64,000 bases of DNA, from positions 1 to 64,000 of the forward strand of contig CAXHJY010001591.1 of assembly GCA_964016885.1 (NCBI GenBank), in the 5' to 3' direction. The stretch comes from Eledone cirrhosa (lineage: Eukaryota). Shown in pieces: positions 46,322 through 58,600 of the stretch (positions within the stretch are counted from its first letter, which is position 1; each line of letters starts with the position of its first letter). The notes below the pieces were generated by a model, which was given only the letters and a program-made list of their open reading frames with translations, ran no database searches and was not told the origin of the DNA. A program made the translations under genes and the position numbers.

Positions 46322-49300
46322 ACGGGTGTGTATGATTGTGTATAGAAGATTATATTAATAAGAGGAATTCCAACTTTGTCTGATTTACTCGTTTTATTTA
46401 CAATCCTTTAAAATATATAATGGTATTATAATGAAATAGTATGATAGAATATTAAATTCTAAGTGTTAATTGAACAAGTACTTTCATGCTTTCGCAATCT
46501 TCAGGTTCATAATATGTGGTGACAGTCGAGTTTGCAATTTTCAACTGTAATGAGATGGGTAAATTTCCTACCTTTTATACATTTTATACAGAGAAAAGTG
46601 GCTCCAGAATGCTAAGCCCTGTAAACTGTATTTCGACCAATCAGTGTGTTACTAAAGCTGATTGGTTTAAGCGTCACGGCTGGTTGAGCATGCTAACGAC
46701 CAATAGTCATATCCAACGCATCAATTGTTTTGCTATTTTTAGAAATGATGAAAATAGCATTTTCTATTAATCATCACCATCAACATCACTTTCATTATTA
46801 TTATTATTGTTGTTGTTGCTGTTGTTGTTAGTGGTCGTGGTCATAGTGGTAGTAGAAGTAATACCCCTAGGCGTTATTATTGTTCATTTAGCTTGGGTTT
46901 GAATTTATCAATAAAATTCTTTTCTTTGATTTTTCTCTTGATTTCACTTGGGCTGTGTAATTTGTAGAATGGGAATATTATAAATATTTCCTGACCACAT
47001 GTTGCCAGGTGGCCGCTTAGGGGTATCTGACGGACATTTGGGTCTCTGATTTGTTGACGGTGTACCCGTGCACGTTCCGATAGTGCATTTCCAGTTTGAC
47101 TGACATATAGTTCTTCACAATTCGGGCATTTAATGTAGTAAATTAGATTTCTGCTTTTGCAGTTCATATTTGCATTTGGGAATATTTTTCCAGTTTTTGT
47201 TTTCATATATTGACCGGCGTGTATGGATTGACATGTGCCGCATCGACTATCATTGCATTTAGATACAGTGAATGATTGGTCTTTGTTGTTAAGGTCAAAC
47301 TTTGCTTTTGTTAGTAATTGCTTCAAATTTTTTGACTCTTACTAAGAGTCAAAGATCGATCTGTGATTAAGCCTTTTAATTCATTACTTTGAGCAATGAT
47401 CGGTAGGTTTGCTTTGGCAGTGTTGAATATATTCTGGTGACATGGGTTGTGTGTCATTATAAATGGTATGACCAGTTCTTGATTTCTTCTTCCTTGGGTT
47501 GTTCTAAGTTGTTGTATAGGTATTTTTATAGCCCGCTGTATGCCATTTTCTATAAGTAGAGATGGGTATTTTTGTTTGAGCAAAAATTCTCTTAGTTCTG
47601 TTAGGCGTTTGTACCTGGTATTCGTATCTTCTACAATGGTACAAATTCTTCTGGCTAGGCAGTATGGGATGTTGCGTTTTGTATGAGGTGGATGGCACGA
47701 CTTAAAATTCAGATATTGATGGGTGTCTGTGTGTTTATAATATATATCCGTGGTAATGGTGGTGTCGTTTTTGATTATCATTATATCTAGGAATGGTAAT
47801 TTGGTCCTACTCATCTCTTTTGTGAATTGGAGAGATGGGTGTAGGTTATTCAGGAGGATATTGAACTCATCCAGAGTATCTAGAGATTCTGTCCAGATGA
47901 TGAAACAGTCGTCAAGGTATCTCTTCCAAGATTTTTCAATGTACTTTCTAAAGTCAGTACTATATTTTTCCTCTATTTCTTGGTAGAGTTGTTGTTCTAA
48001 GTATCCCATTACAGAGTTCGTGTAAACGGGAGCAAACTTCGTTCCCATCGCTGTGCCTCTAATTTGGATGTAATTCTTTCCATTGAAGAAGAAAGTGTTG
48101 TTTTCCAGAATAAGTTTAACTGCGTCTAATATAAATGGCGCTGTGAATCTAATGGGAATCACTTCTCTATGTTTTTCCACCCAGTATTTAACCGCCTTTA
48201 TTCCTAAATCATGTGTAATGTTGGTGTAAAGGCTTACCACATCAAAACTGAGTAGAAGTGAATTCGTTTCCGTGGTTTTGGGAAGATGGGACAGGAAGTC
48301 GATATCATCCCGGATGAAACTGGGTATGTGAATACATAGTTTCAAAATAATGTCAACAAAATTGCTTAGACGGTGGGTGGGGCATGTTGGACCAGCTATA
48401 ATAGGTCTAAGTTTTAAGTCTTTTGGGTGTAATAATTTAATGTACTCACTGTTTTGTTCTCTTACTGCCAGTTGTATTTCTTTTGACTTATGAACTTTCG
48501 GTAGGCCATACAGGTTGCTGGGTTTCGGCTCAAAATTGGTGATGTAGTCTCTTTCCTTATCAGTAAATGAGTTGTGGTATTTTGAAGCCAGGTTGCTGAT
48601 CTTCTTCATGATGTTGTGGTCTATATTTGACGGTATTTCATGATAGAATGTTGTGTCTTTCAGTTGTTCCTCAACCAAATCCTTGTAGTATTCAGTATCC
48701 ATTATAACAACTGCACCCCCTTTATCTGCTTGTTTAATTATTATTGTTTTATCGTTTTGTATACGTTTAAGTGCAGACATTTCTGATTTGTTAATGTTTG
48801 GCCTAACATTAGTATTATGTCTAAGAGGAAATTTAGACAGGATGTCAATGTATTGGTCGAGATAGATATTTCTTCCTTTTGGCAGAGTGAAATTTGATTT
48901 ACTAGTGATTCATCACTCTCATTATTTTTATCAGCGAAGAATTCTACAAGACGTAATTTTCGACAGAATTCTTGGGTATCCTCCTTCAGTTCTTGGTGGT
49001 TGACTGTTGGAGTCGGTGTGAATTTCAGTCCTTTTGACAGAATTTGCATTTCATCATTGTCAAGATCTCTTTTAGATAAATTAATTATTTTAGGATCTAC
49101 GTGTACAGCTGTTTTGGGTATGTTTCCTCCTGGAGTTTTTCTTTTTCCGGTTTTTGTTGTCCTGACGTTAAAAAATGAATTTTTCTCTGTTCAGGATTTA
49201 TATTCCTGTTGGTGTTCGCTTGATGAACTTTTGGTCGTGATATTATATTTGGTTTCGTTATGTATTTTGTCCTATTTTTGGTATTCTGTATATTATTTTT

Positions 49301-50130
49301 CTTCCTGTTAGCATTATTTTTAACAATCTGAGAAAATGACCTAGGTTTGCTTTCAGGTTTAGATCGTTTTTTCGTCCAGTTTCTTGTGGGCAATCTCTGT
49401 TGAGATCTTGAGAGTGATCTGGTTATTCTACGTTTTGTTTCCACATTCCTTGTTGGTAGTCTCTGTTGAGATCTTGAGAATGATCTCCTGGTTTTACTAC
49501 TTTTCATGGTCTGGTCAAAGGAATATCTATCGTGTTTGTGCTTTTTGTTCATGTTGTGTGCGATAGGGTGTTTTTGTAGAAAGAGCGAAGAGTTATTACC
49601 GTAGTTCTTCTTTGATTCAAGGTAAGGTGAGTGTTTGTGTTGGCACGTGTTCTGGCGTATGTTGTGTTGATGAGATTGTCCACTTTTAATGCTTTTTCTC
49701 AGGGTTCCAGAGTCTTTACCGTAATTTGCAGCATATTCATCGAGAAATAATTGTTTCTGCTGCCATACCTTTCTTGATTTGTTTTCTTCTTTTGAGATAT
49801 CTCCGATCCATAGTTCTCGTAGTTTTTCAGCTATAATACCAGTCGTTAGCTTTGAAATTTCAACTTCAATTTGGTCATCAATAGCTTCATATTTGGCTTT
49901 GTAGTGGGATTGTTTACATTCAGAAATGGAGATGTCGGTCCTGAATTTTGTCAATGTAAGTTCCCATCGGAGTTTTGTTTCTTCTTCTGGTTCTCCTGCA
50001 ATTTCTGTAATTAGGTATTTACGAGGGAGTATGGGTGCCGTTAGAGAGAGCCATTTCGAATGTGTTTCGACATATTTTTCGCATCTTTATGCTTTCCAGA
50101 AATTTTGTTTTCTTATGTTAAGGAATTTTT
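46322..50130 (-). mobile_element. Neptune-like PLE, 5'-truncated and frameshifted
   Basis: ORFs 49097-49954, 48741-49049 (LSKGLKFTPTP), 47323-48780 (ADKGG, LPKVHK, RPII, FDVVSLYT, GTAMG, RYLDD, SCHP) and 46877-47326 (CNDSRCGTC, LIY..CPNC..YV..H..H). HHR in the 3' UTR. Confidence 0.92.
46471..46509 (-). ncRNA. Minimal type I hammerhead ribozyme (family L)
   Basis: TGAAC-CTGAAGA-T-TGC-GAAA-GCA-T-GAAA-GTAC-TT-GTTCA. Confidence 0.78.
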
Positions 50131-50146
50131 ATATATATATATATAT

Positions 50147-50181
<35 letters not shown>

Positions 50182-50198
50182 CATATATTTATATATAC

Positions 50199-50271
<73 letters not shown>

Positions 50272-50305
50272 CATCTTACATATATATATATATACATCTT
50301 ACATA

Positions 50306-50469
<164 letters not shown>

Positions 50470-50563
50470 TATATACATCTTACATATATATATATATATA
50501 CATCTTACATATACATATATATATATATATACATATATATAGAAATATACATATATATATATA

Positions 50564-51809
50564 TAGAAAGGATGAATATAAAATGAAAGTGCTTTTTTTA
50601 AAAAAGGAATTTATTAGGTATTGACATATGTTTCTGTAACAGACGGAATACCTATGTATCGCTGCTCGCGTAATCATATAATGTTAGCAAGTATTCGATA
50701 GCAAATGTATAATCAGTTGTCACTTCTTCAGAGATTTTGGATAAACTGGATAAAATCAGAAAAATTGAAGTATTTATATTAGTAATAGAGGAAGAAACAG
50801 AGGGGATAGTATATGACAGATGGTAAATTAATTTACTGCTAAACAAGTATATAATGGGTTTCTAATGAGAATACCATGAGTAAATCTAAATAAGAATTTG
50901 GAGAGTGCCAATTTTAATCTCTACTTGACCAATTGGACAGTGGACAGGGCTGGTCATTTGGTGCAGTAGTATTAATTATAAAGTGTCAATTGGGGAAGGG
51001 GGAGATTTCGATTGCTACTAAATAACATCAATGCTAGTAGCCAGCTGGTATATGCATTAGGGAATTGAATCAAGAAATCAGAAATCTCATTTTATCTATA
51101 GCAGTTTGTATTAAAAGGTAAATAATAGAAGAGTTGATAGAATTAAGACTAATAAAGAATGTTAATATCTATTTTAACAATCAAACGTTTGATTGTCAAA
51201 ATAGATATTAACATTCTTTATTAGTCTTAATTCTATCAACTCTTCTATTATTTACCTTTTAATACAAACTGCTATAGATAAAATGAGATTTCTGATTTCT
51301 TGATTCAATTCCCTAATGCATATACCAGCTGGCTACTAGCATTGATGTTATTTAGTAGCAATCGAAATCTCCCCCTTCCCCAATTGACACTTTATAATTA
51401 ATACTACTGCACCAAATGACCAGCCCTGTCCACTGTCCAATTGGTCAAGTAGAGATTAAAATTGGCACTCCCAAAATTCTTATTTAGATTTACTCATGGT
51501 ATTCTCATTAGAAACCCATTATATACTTGTTTAGCAGTAAATTAATTTACCATCTGTCATATACTATCCCCTCTGTTTCTTCCTCTATTACTAATATAAA
51601 TACTTCAATTTTTCTGATTTTATCCAGTTTATCCAAAATCTCTGAAGAAGTGACAACTGATTATACATTTGCTATCGAATACTTGCTAACATTATATGAT
51701 TACGCAAGCAGCGATACATAGGTATTCCGTCTGTTACAGAAACATATGTCAATACCTAATAAATTCCTTTTTTAAAAAAAGCACTTTCATTTTATATTCA
51801 TCCTTTCTA
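50564..51809. repeat. 1246 bp near-perfect spacerless palindrome (tail to ~51917)
   Basis: Centre tcaaac|gtttga at 51186/51187. Identical 64-aa ORFs at mirrored positions in the track; only a few arm mismatches seen. Confidence 0.95.
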
Positions 51810-51911
51810 CATTTTCTCCAGAATATAATTTATACTCGATGAGCAAACCTGCACGTACGCTGTTCATCTCTAACGTAACGATATATTATCACTACATTAT
51901 TGATAACCTGA

Positions 51912-51971
<60 letters not shown>

Positions 51972-52062
51972 CGAAGGAAATGTGGTAAGGAACCAGGTGG
52001 ACCATAACGCACCAAAGTACTCAATACTTGAGGTAGTAGAGTGGGTAATAGGAACCAGTAAG

Positions 52063-52156
52063 ACCCCGACAGCTGAGCTCAAGCCGTTTCGACGGCTAAT
52101 TCTGGACTAAATGAACATTTATCCTGGTATTTAAATAGCCGATCTTCTCAAGGGGT
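52063..52156 (-). ncRNA. Hammerhead ribozyme, U3-A8 variant (family E)
   Basis: Inverted copy of 55328-55421. Confidence 0.82.
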
Positions 52157-52410
52157 AATTCCATATATGGTCAAAGTGATTGTCAAAAATCAGTAGTAAT
52201 TCTGTGGTTGCAAATTAGTAGGGGAGATGGTGGCTAAACCTGCCAGTAGGAGAAAGAGGGGAGGGGGTGGAGTAGACCCAATCAAGCGTTGGTAGTGCCA
52301 GCTACAGCTGGGCATGAGGTCAAAGAAGATACAGGGGAGGGGGAGGGGGAGGAAGTCGGAACGGTAGGTAGAACAATGGGGGGTAAAAATATGATAACAC
52401 AAATGACATC

Positions 52411-54234
52411 ATGGTGCATTCGGATAAAACTGGGAACCTATACTTTGTCAACCCTGACAGATACCACACACTGATCAGGAGCAGCCTAAACTCCACCTAT
52501 AAAAAGGCCAACCACTCTTGCATCGAGGACATAAATCGAGATGGACAACAAATCACCTCCAGCCTCGGGGTCGCCGACCGCACGGAACCTCTAGACCCAC
52601 GGACACCATACTTCACACTGAAGGACCATAAATCCGATTTTGACCGTAAACCCTCCATCAGGCTTATTAACCCAACGAAGTCCGACATAGGGAGAATCAG
52701 CAAAAAAATCCTAGACCGCGTGATACCAAAAGTCAAGCAACACACCCGACTTAGCCTATGGATCAACACCCAGGAAGTAATCTCCTGGTTCAGCAATATG
52801 GAGGATAAACGAGAAACTAAATTCATACAGTTCGACATAGAGAGCTACTATGCTTCAATCACCTTACCGCTACTTACTGCCGCCTTGGACTTCGCCGAAA
52901 CACTCGTGCCCATCACCGACCAGGAAAGAAAAATCATCCTCCACGCCAGGAAGACAGTCTTACTCTTTGACGACTCTAAATGGATAAAAAGAGCTCCCGA
53001 CTCACCCTTCGACGTCAGCATGGGCGCCACGGATTCGGCGGAGGTCACTGATCTTATAGGATTATTCCTAATAGCCAAACTCACTGATATGTTTCCTGCA
53101 TTCGGTGGTGGATTGTACCGTGATGATGGGCTCCTTACCCTTAAAGGGTACAACCCCAGTAGTACAGATCGGGTCCGGAAACAATTAATCAGATTCTTCC
53201 GCGACTGGGGATTTAAAATAACCCTACAAACGTCCCTGACCCGAGTAAACTTCCTGGACGTAACCCTCGACCTCGAAAACGACCTGTACTACCCATACAG
53301 GAAACCTAATGACAATCTGCACTACATCCACCGCCGATCAAACCATCCTAGGAACATCACAAACAACCTGGTCAAAAACATCTCCCTCCGCATATCCCGT
53401 TTGTCAGCTAATGAGCGGATATTCGATGAACATGCGCCTTATTACAACCAGGCCCTCAAGCGGAGTGGTTTCCGGGAGGAAATATCCTACTGTCCAGATC
53501 CCATTAGCGGAACCAGCAGGAGACACCGCCGCTCACGCAATGTAACATGGTTCAATCCTCCCCACAACGCAGAGGTGACTACTCCCATCGGGAAACTATT
53601 CTTTAGGCTCATTGAAAAACACTTCCCATTACAACACCGCTACCACAACATAATTAACAAAAATACCATCAAACTCTCTTACAGCACTACACCAAACTTC
53701 GCACAAAACATCGTCTCCTCTAACAACAAAAAACTCAACCCCGATGGCAGAAATAACCTAAATAGCAGTGGAGAACCGACCAGGAGGTGTAACTGCCCGG
53801 ATAGATCTATTTGCCCACTCGACAATAGATGCAGAGACCGTAATGTGATCTACCAGTGCAACGTGAGGACGGATACCTCCAACAAAGCCTATATAGGACT
53901 TACCGCATGTGACTTCAAGACCCGGCTATACCAACATAGACATACCTTCCGAAACCCGGCCCGGCGTCACGCCACTACACTTTCGGGCCACATATGGGAC
54001 CTCAAGGACAACAACATCACCTATGATCTCACTTGGAGATTACTGTCCAGAGCCAATTCTTACACGGGAGGACGCCGTCCGTGCAATTTATGCTCGGAGG
54101 AAACTTTACAAATGCTGTTTTCGACGGACCAACTCCTAAACAAGAAAGATGAACTGGTTACTGCATGTAAACATAGATTGCGTAGGACTTACCTCGCCCT
54201 CAAACCCCATAATGACCCGGGGGGGGTAGACTAG
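52411..54234 (+). CDS. Naiad PLE reverse transcriptase + GIY-YIG endonuclease (N-terminally truncated)
   Basis: SDKTGN, LKDHK, RLINP, FDIESYY, GLYRDDGL, SNHP, WFNPP, CNCPDRSICPLDNRC (CxCx5Cx5C), VIY..YIG, CNLC, CKH. Confidence 0.93.
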   Translation: MVHSDKTGNLYFVNPDRYHTLIRSSLNSTYKKANHSCIEDINRDGQQITSSLGVADRTEPLDPRTPYFTLKDHKSDFDRKPSIRLINPTKSDIGRISKKILDRVIPKVKQHTRLSLWINTQEVISWFSNMEDKRETKFIQFDIESYYASITLPLLTAALDFAETLVPITDQERKIILHARKTVLLFDDSKWIKRAPDSPFDVSMGATDSAEVTDLIGLFLIAKLTDMFPAFGGGLYRDDGLLTLKGYNPSSTDRVRKQLIRFFRDWGFKITLQTSLTRVNFLDVTLDLENDLYYPYRKPNDNLHYIHRRSNHPRNITNNLVKNISLRISRLSANERIFDEHAPYYNQALKRSGFREEISYCPDPISGTSRRHRRSRNVTWFNPPHNAEVTTPIGKLFFRLIEKHFPLQHRYHNIINKNTIKLSYSTTPNFAQNIVSSNNKKLNPDGRNNLNSSGEPTRRCNCPDRSICPLDNRCRDRNVIYQCNVRTDTSNKAYIGLTACDFKTRLYQHRHTFRNPARRHATTLSGHIWDLKDNNITYDLTWRLLSRANSYTGGRRPCNLCSEETLQMLFSTDQLLNKKDELVTACKHRLRRTYLALKPHNDPGGVD

Positions 54235-55327
54235 GGCTATAACACCCCAGTTGCCGATTTTGCAATGGGTAACCCCTGCTTGCCAAGGAAGACGTAAGAT
54301 CTTCTTTGTATTCTTTTATCGCATCCTTTATTTCCTTCCCCCCTCTCTCCTTTGTCCTTCTACCCCAGCTCTTCTCCTTTGTCGGCGTCTTTTCTCGCCC
54401 ACCCGAGGCTGCCCTTTGGCCCCATGTAGCCTTAGTACCCCCACTCCCCCCTCCCCTAGTCTTTGATAGATTTGGCGGACTCCGCCCTTTATAGCAGTTG
54501 GCTTAGACCCCGGATACTTGCCCCCCTTTTCCGACCGCTCCCACTATTCTCTGTGCCCTCTATATTTCTTAGTGGCACTTATGCCTTATTTTTTCGTTTC
54601 AGTATTTCTTGCTTCGCTTTTCTTCTGGGCGGGGTGGATTCTGAACTTATTTCTCCGTATTCTACCTTTATTTCGTACGAACTTTCATGTAGCTTGTTTT
54701 AGATCTTTTAGAGTTAGCATTAGTATATATTTTTCCCGGGACTCAGAATTATTATGTCGTACAAGTTCACTTTGCTGCACTGGGTCGTTGCTGGCCCGGG
54801 ATGGAAACCTTTATTGTTTATTTCGTGGTAGTCTCTTTAGTATTTTGGCCCCTTTTGTTGACCAGTCACCGTATCATTTACGTACTTATACCTCTTAAAA
54901 GGGTCCTTGCCTAATTCGTCCCACCTAGTTCTTTTACTTATTTCCTTATTTATTTATTTATTTATTTATTTACTTCTTTCTTTCTTTCTTTATTTTATTC
55001 TCGCCTAACAATAGCCTGACACCTAGGTCGTAGAATTTAATTTTTTCTTTACACTTATTTGCTTTTCTTCACTCTCAGTATTTTTTCTTTCCTATTTTTA
55101 CCCCCCATTGTTCTACCTACCGTTCCGACTTCCTCCCCCTCCCCCTCCCCTGTATCTTCTTTGACCTCATGCCCAGCTGTAGCTGGCACTACCAACGCTT
55201 GATTGGGTCTACTCCACCCCCTCCCCTCTTTCTCCTACTGGCAGGTTTAGCCACCATCTCCCCTACTAATTTGCAACCACAGAATTACTACTGATTTTTG
55301 ACAATCACTTTGACCATATATGGAATT

Positions 55328-55421
55328 ACCCCTTGAGAAGATCGGCTATTTAAATACCAGGATAAATGTTCATTTAGTCCAGAATTAGCCGTCGAAACGG
55401 CTTGAGCTCAGCTGTCGGGGT
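55328..55421 (+). ncRNA. Hammerhead ribozyme, U3-A8 variant (family E)
   Basis: ACCCC-TTGAGAA-GA(T)CGGCTA/TAGCCGTC-GAAACGGCT-TGAGCTC-AGCTGTC-GGGGT. Confidence 0.82.
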
Positions 55422-55431
55422 CTTACTGGTT

Positions 55432-55509
<78 letters not shown>

Positions 55510-55516
55510 TATATAC

Positions 55517-55573
<57 letters not shown>

Positions 55574-55574
55574 G

Positions 55575-55649
<75 letters not shown>

Positions 55650-55654
55650 TATCT

Positions 55655-58600
55655 ATATCTCCTAAACCTTCGGTTCATTCATCCATTCGGTTCATTCATC
55701 CATATATCTACAATCGTTGCTATCCTATAATTCTGTCTCACTGTTCTAAATAATCTTCTCTTTGCTAACTACCCCATACCCCTCCCTCCCGCCCCCAATC
55801 TCCACCTTGACTATTTGGAACAATCACAAGGCAACGGCCTATGCTATCACTTCTGGCTGCTTTTCGATATGATGGATGGACGAAGGAATTTCTGGAGAGT
55901 CTGAAGAATCTGGACACTCGGTGACAATGCCGAAGATAACGACAAATTCACCTCATGCTGCCGGTCGAAAGGGCAAGGCCCCCTCCTCTTTGTTTCGGCT
56001 GCGGTTGGCCAACATAACCCCAACCCCATCCCCCTCACCCCTCCCTGCGCCCCATCCTCCAAACACAATCCAAAACTTCAGAGTTGGTACCATGAACGTA
56101 GGCACCTTAAAAGGCCGCTCTAACGAGGTTGTAGAAATGCTTGAGCGTAAGGAGGTTGATGTTTGCTGTATCCAAGAGACCAGGTGGAGGGGCGGGTCTG
56201 CTAGATTCATTGTGGGTAAAAAACGTTGCTATAAGCTTTTCTGGGTGGGAAATGACAATGGGATAGGTGGGGTAGGAATCATGTTAGCAGAAAAATGGGT
56301 GGATAAGATAATAGATGTAAATAGAGTAAATGACAGAATAATTAAAATAAGACTTGTTCTAAATAGAACTACTGTGACAGTAATATCGGCATACACGCCC
56401 CAATCCGGACTGCCTGGAGCTATAAAAGACAGATTCTATGAGACACTGATGCTCACTACCTCCCAAATAACCGACAGTGACTATATAATTATTGCTGGCG
56501 ACCTAAATGGCCACGTTGGACAACATTGTGACGGCTATGACGGAATCCACGGAGGCTATGGGTTTGGTACTAGAAACGAGGAAGGCTCCAGAATCCTGGA
56601 ATTCTGTGATGCAAATAACCTAACTATCTGTAACACTAACTTCAAAAAACGAGACAATCACTCGATCACCTACAGATCAGGGGAACATACCAGCCAGGTA
56701 GATTATATCCTTACCAGAAGACGTGACAGAGTGTCTGTTGTAAACACTAAATCCTTCCCCCATGAAGAATGCACCTCCCAACATAGACTGATAATTAGCG
56801 ACCTCATAGTCAGGACGAGACGTACTAGACAGCAGAAGAGGACTATCCTCAGGAGAAAAATATGGAAGCTAAAGGATCCCACAGCCAGAAATAAATTTAA
56901 AAGCATATTACTTGATGCTTTCGACAGTAAGGAAGAGCAATTAGAGTCGAACAATATAGAGGAACAGTGGGAATTCCTGAATGCAAACCTGCTGATGGCG
57001 GCAGACGAAGTCTGTGGCTGGAGCAGGCCTATAGGCAGGAGGAGAGTAACATGGTGGTGGAACAGTAAGGTGGAGGGATTAATCAAGGCCAAAAAGCAGG
57101 CTTGGAAAGCATGGCGGGATGGGGGAAGTAAAGAAGACTATCAAGTGGCCAGGAGGGAAGCTAGGAGACAAGTGTACTTCGCAAGAAGGGAAGCAGAGGA
57201 AAGAAAGTTCAAGCATGTTCTACAACGCGAGGACCAAAAACGTGAGGTGTTCAGGATTGCTAGGCAATGTGTCATTGTCGGGGAGAAGTGTGTACTTAAT
57301 GATGATGGCGTACTTGCCATCACTGACGCTGATAAGAAGGTAGCTTGGAAGTGTCACTACGAAAGGCTACTAAATGAGGAGAATAAATGGGAGAAAGACA
57401 GTCTCCCCCACATCGACCCAATAGAGGGACCAGCAGTGTTAGTCGAAGGTAGTATAATAAGTAAGGCAATCAAAGATATGAAGACGGGTAAGGCGGCTGG
57501 GCCTTCGGAAATAGTTGCTGAGATGCTGAAAGCCTCTGGAACGGTGGGACACACCATGGTTACCCGGATAGTAAACCAAGTCATACAGAATGGGGTTGTT
57601 CCGAAGGTCTGGCGTAGCAGCATCATTGTTAACTGTTACAAGGGTAAAGGTGATGCTCTAGATAGAAGTAACTATAGAGGCATTAAATTAATCGACCAGG
57701 TTATGAAGGTCACAGAAAAAGTAATAGCGCAACTAATCAGAGAGAGAATTGATCTAGATGAAATGCAGTTCGGGTTTGTGTCAGGCAAAAGTACCACAGA
57801 CGCTATTTTCATTGTAAGACAACTACAGGAGAAGTACCTAGCTAAAAGTAAGCCCCTATACTTAGCTTTTGTCGACTTGGAGAAAGCCTTCGACAGAGTC
57901 CCCCGTTCCATTATCTGGTGGGCTCTTAGAAAACTAGGTGTTGATGAATGGCTTGTGAGAGCTATACAAGCTATGTATAAAGAAACAGTCAGCAAGGTTA
58001 GAATTAACAACGAATATAGTGAAGAGTTTAGCGTAAAAGTTGGTGTTCATCAGGGCTCTGTTCTTAGCCCCCTACTATTTATTATTGCCCTTCAGGCTAT
58101 AACAGTGGAGTTCAAGACCGGCTGCCCATGGGAACTCCTATACGCAGATGATCTAACGCTCATAGCTAAATCAATGGCCGAGCTAGAGAAGAAATTCCAA
58201 ACATGGAAGCACGGCCTAGAATCAAAAGGCCTTAAAATTAACCTGGCTAAGACTAAAGTTCTAGTTTGTAGGAAAGAAAATAAGGCACCGGTCCCATCTG
58301 GGAAATGGCCATGCTCAGTGTGTAGGAAAGGAGTAGGCAGAAACTCCATTTTATGTCCCAAATGCAAAGTATGGGTGCATAAAAGATGTAGTGGGATCAC
58401 AGGTAAACTAACTAAGAATATAGATTTTATATGTGGCCGGTGCTCTGGTGCAATAAGTAGCAGCAAGTGCCCACATAATACTAGCTCATTCCATTGCACA
58501 GATGGTAGTATAGAAATAGTGGTCACCTTCCGTTACCTGGGTGACAAAATCAGCAGTGGGGGAGGGTGCTCTGAAAGTACAGTAGCTAGAGTCAGAACGG

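Larger units (their letters stand above)
51971..55434 (+). mobile_element. Naiad-type PLE, 5'-truncated, with inverted 5' pLTR (52048-52390 mirrors 55095-55436)
   Basis: Uninterrupted RT-EN frame, ~1.2 kb 3' region, HHR in both arms, (TA)n flanks. Confidence 0.92.

Noticed and set aside
52411-54234. Selenocysteine-encoding Naiad
   Set aside because: Some Naiads use TGA-Sec, but this ORF has no in-frame TGA, and the Cys motifs I checked here and at ~1218-1265 and ~39715-39760 use TGT/TGC.
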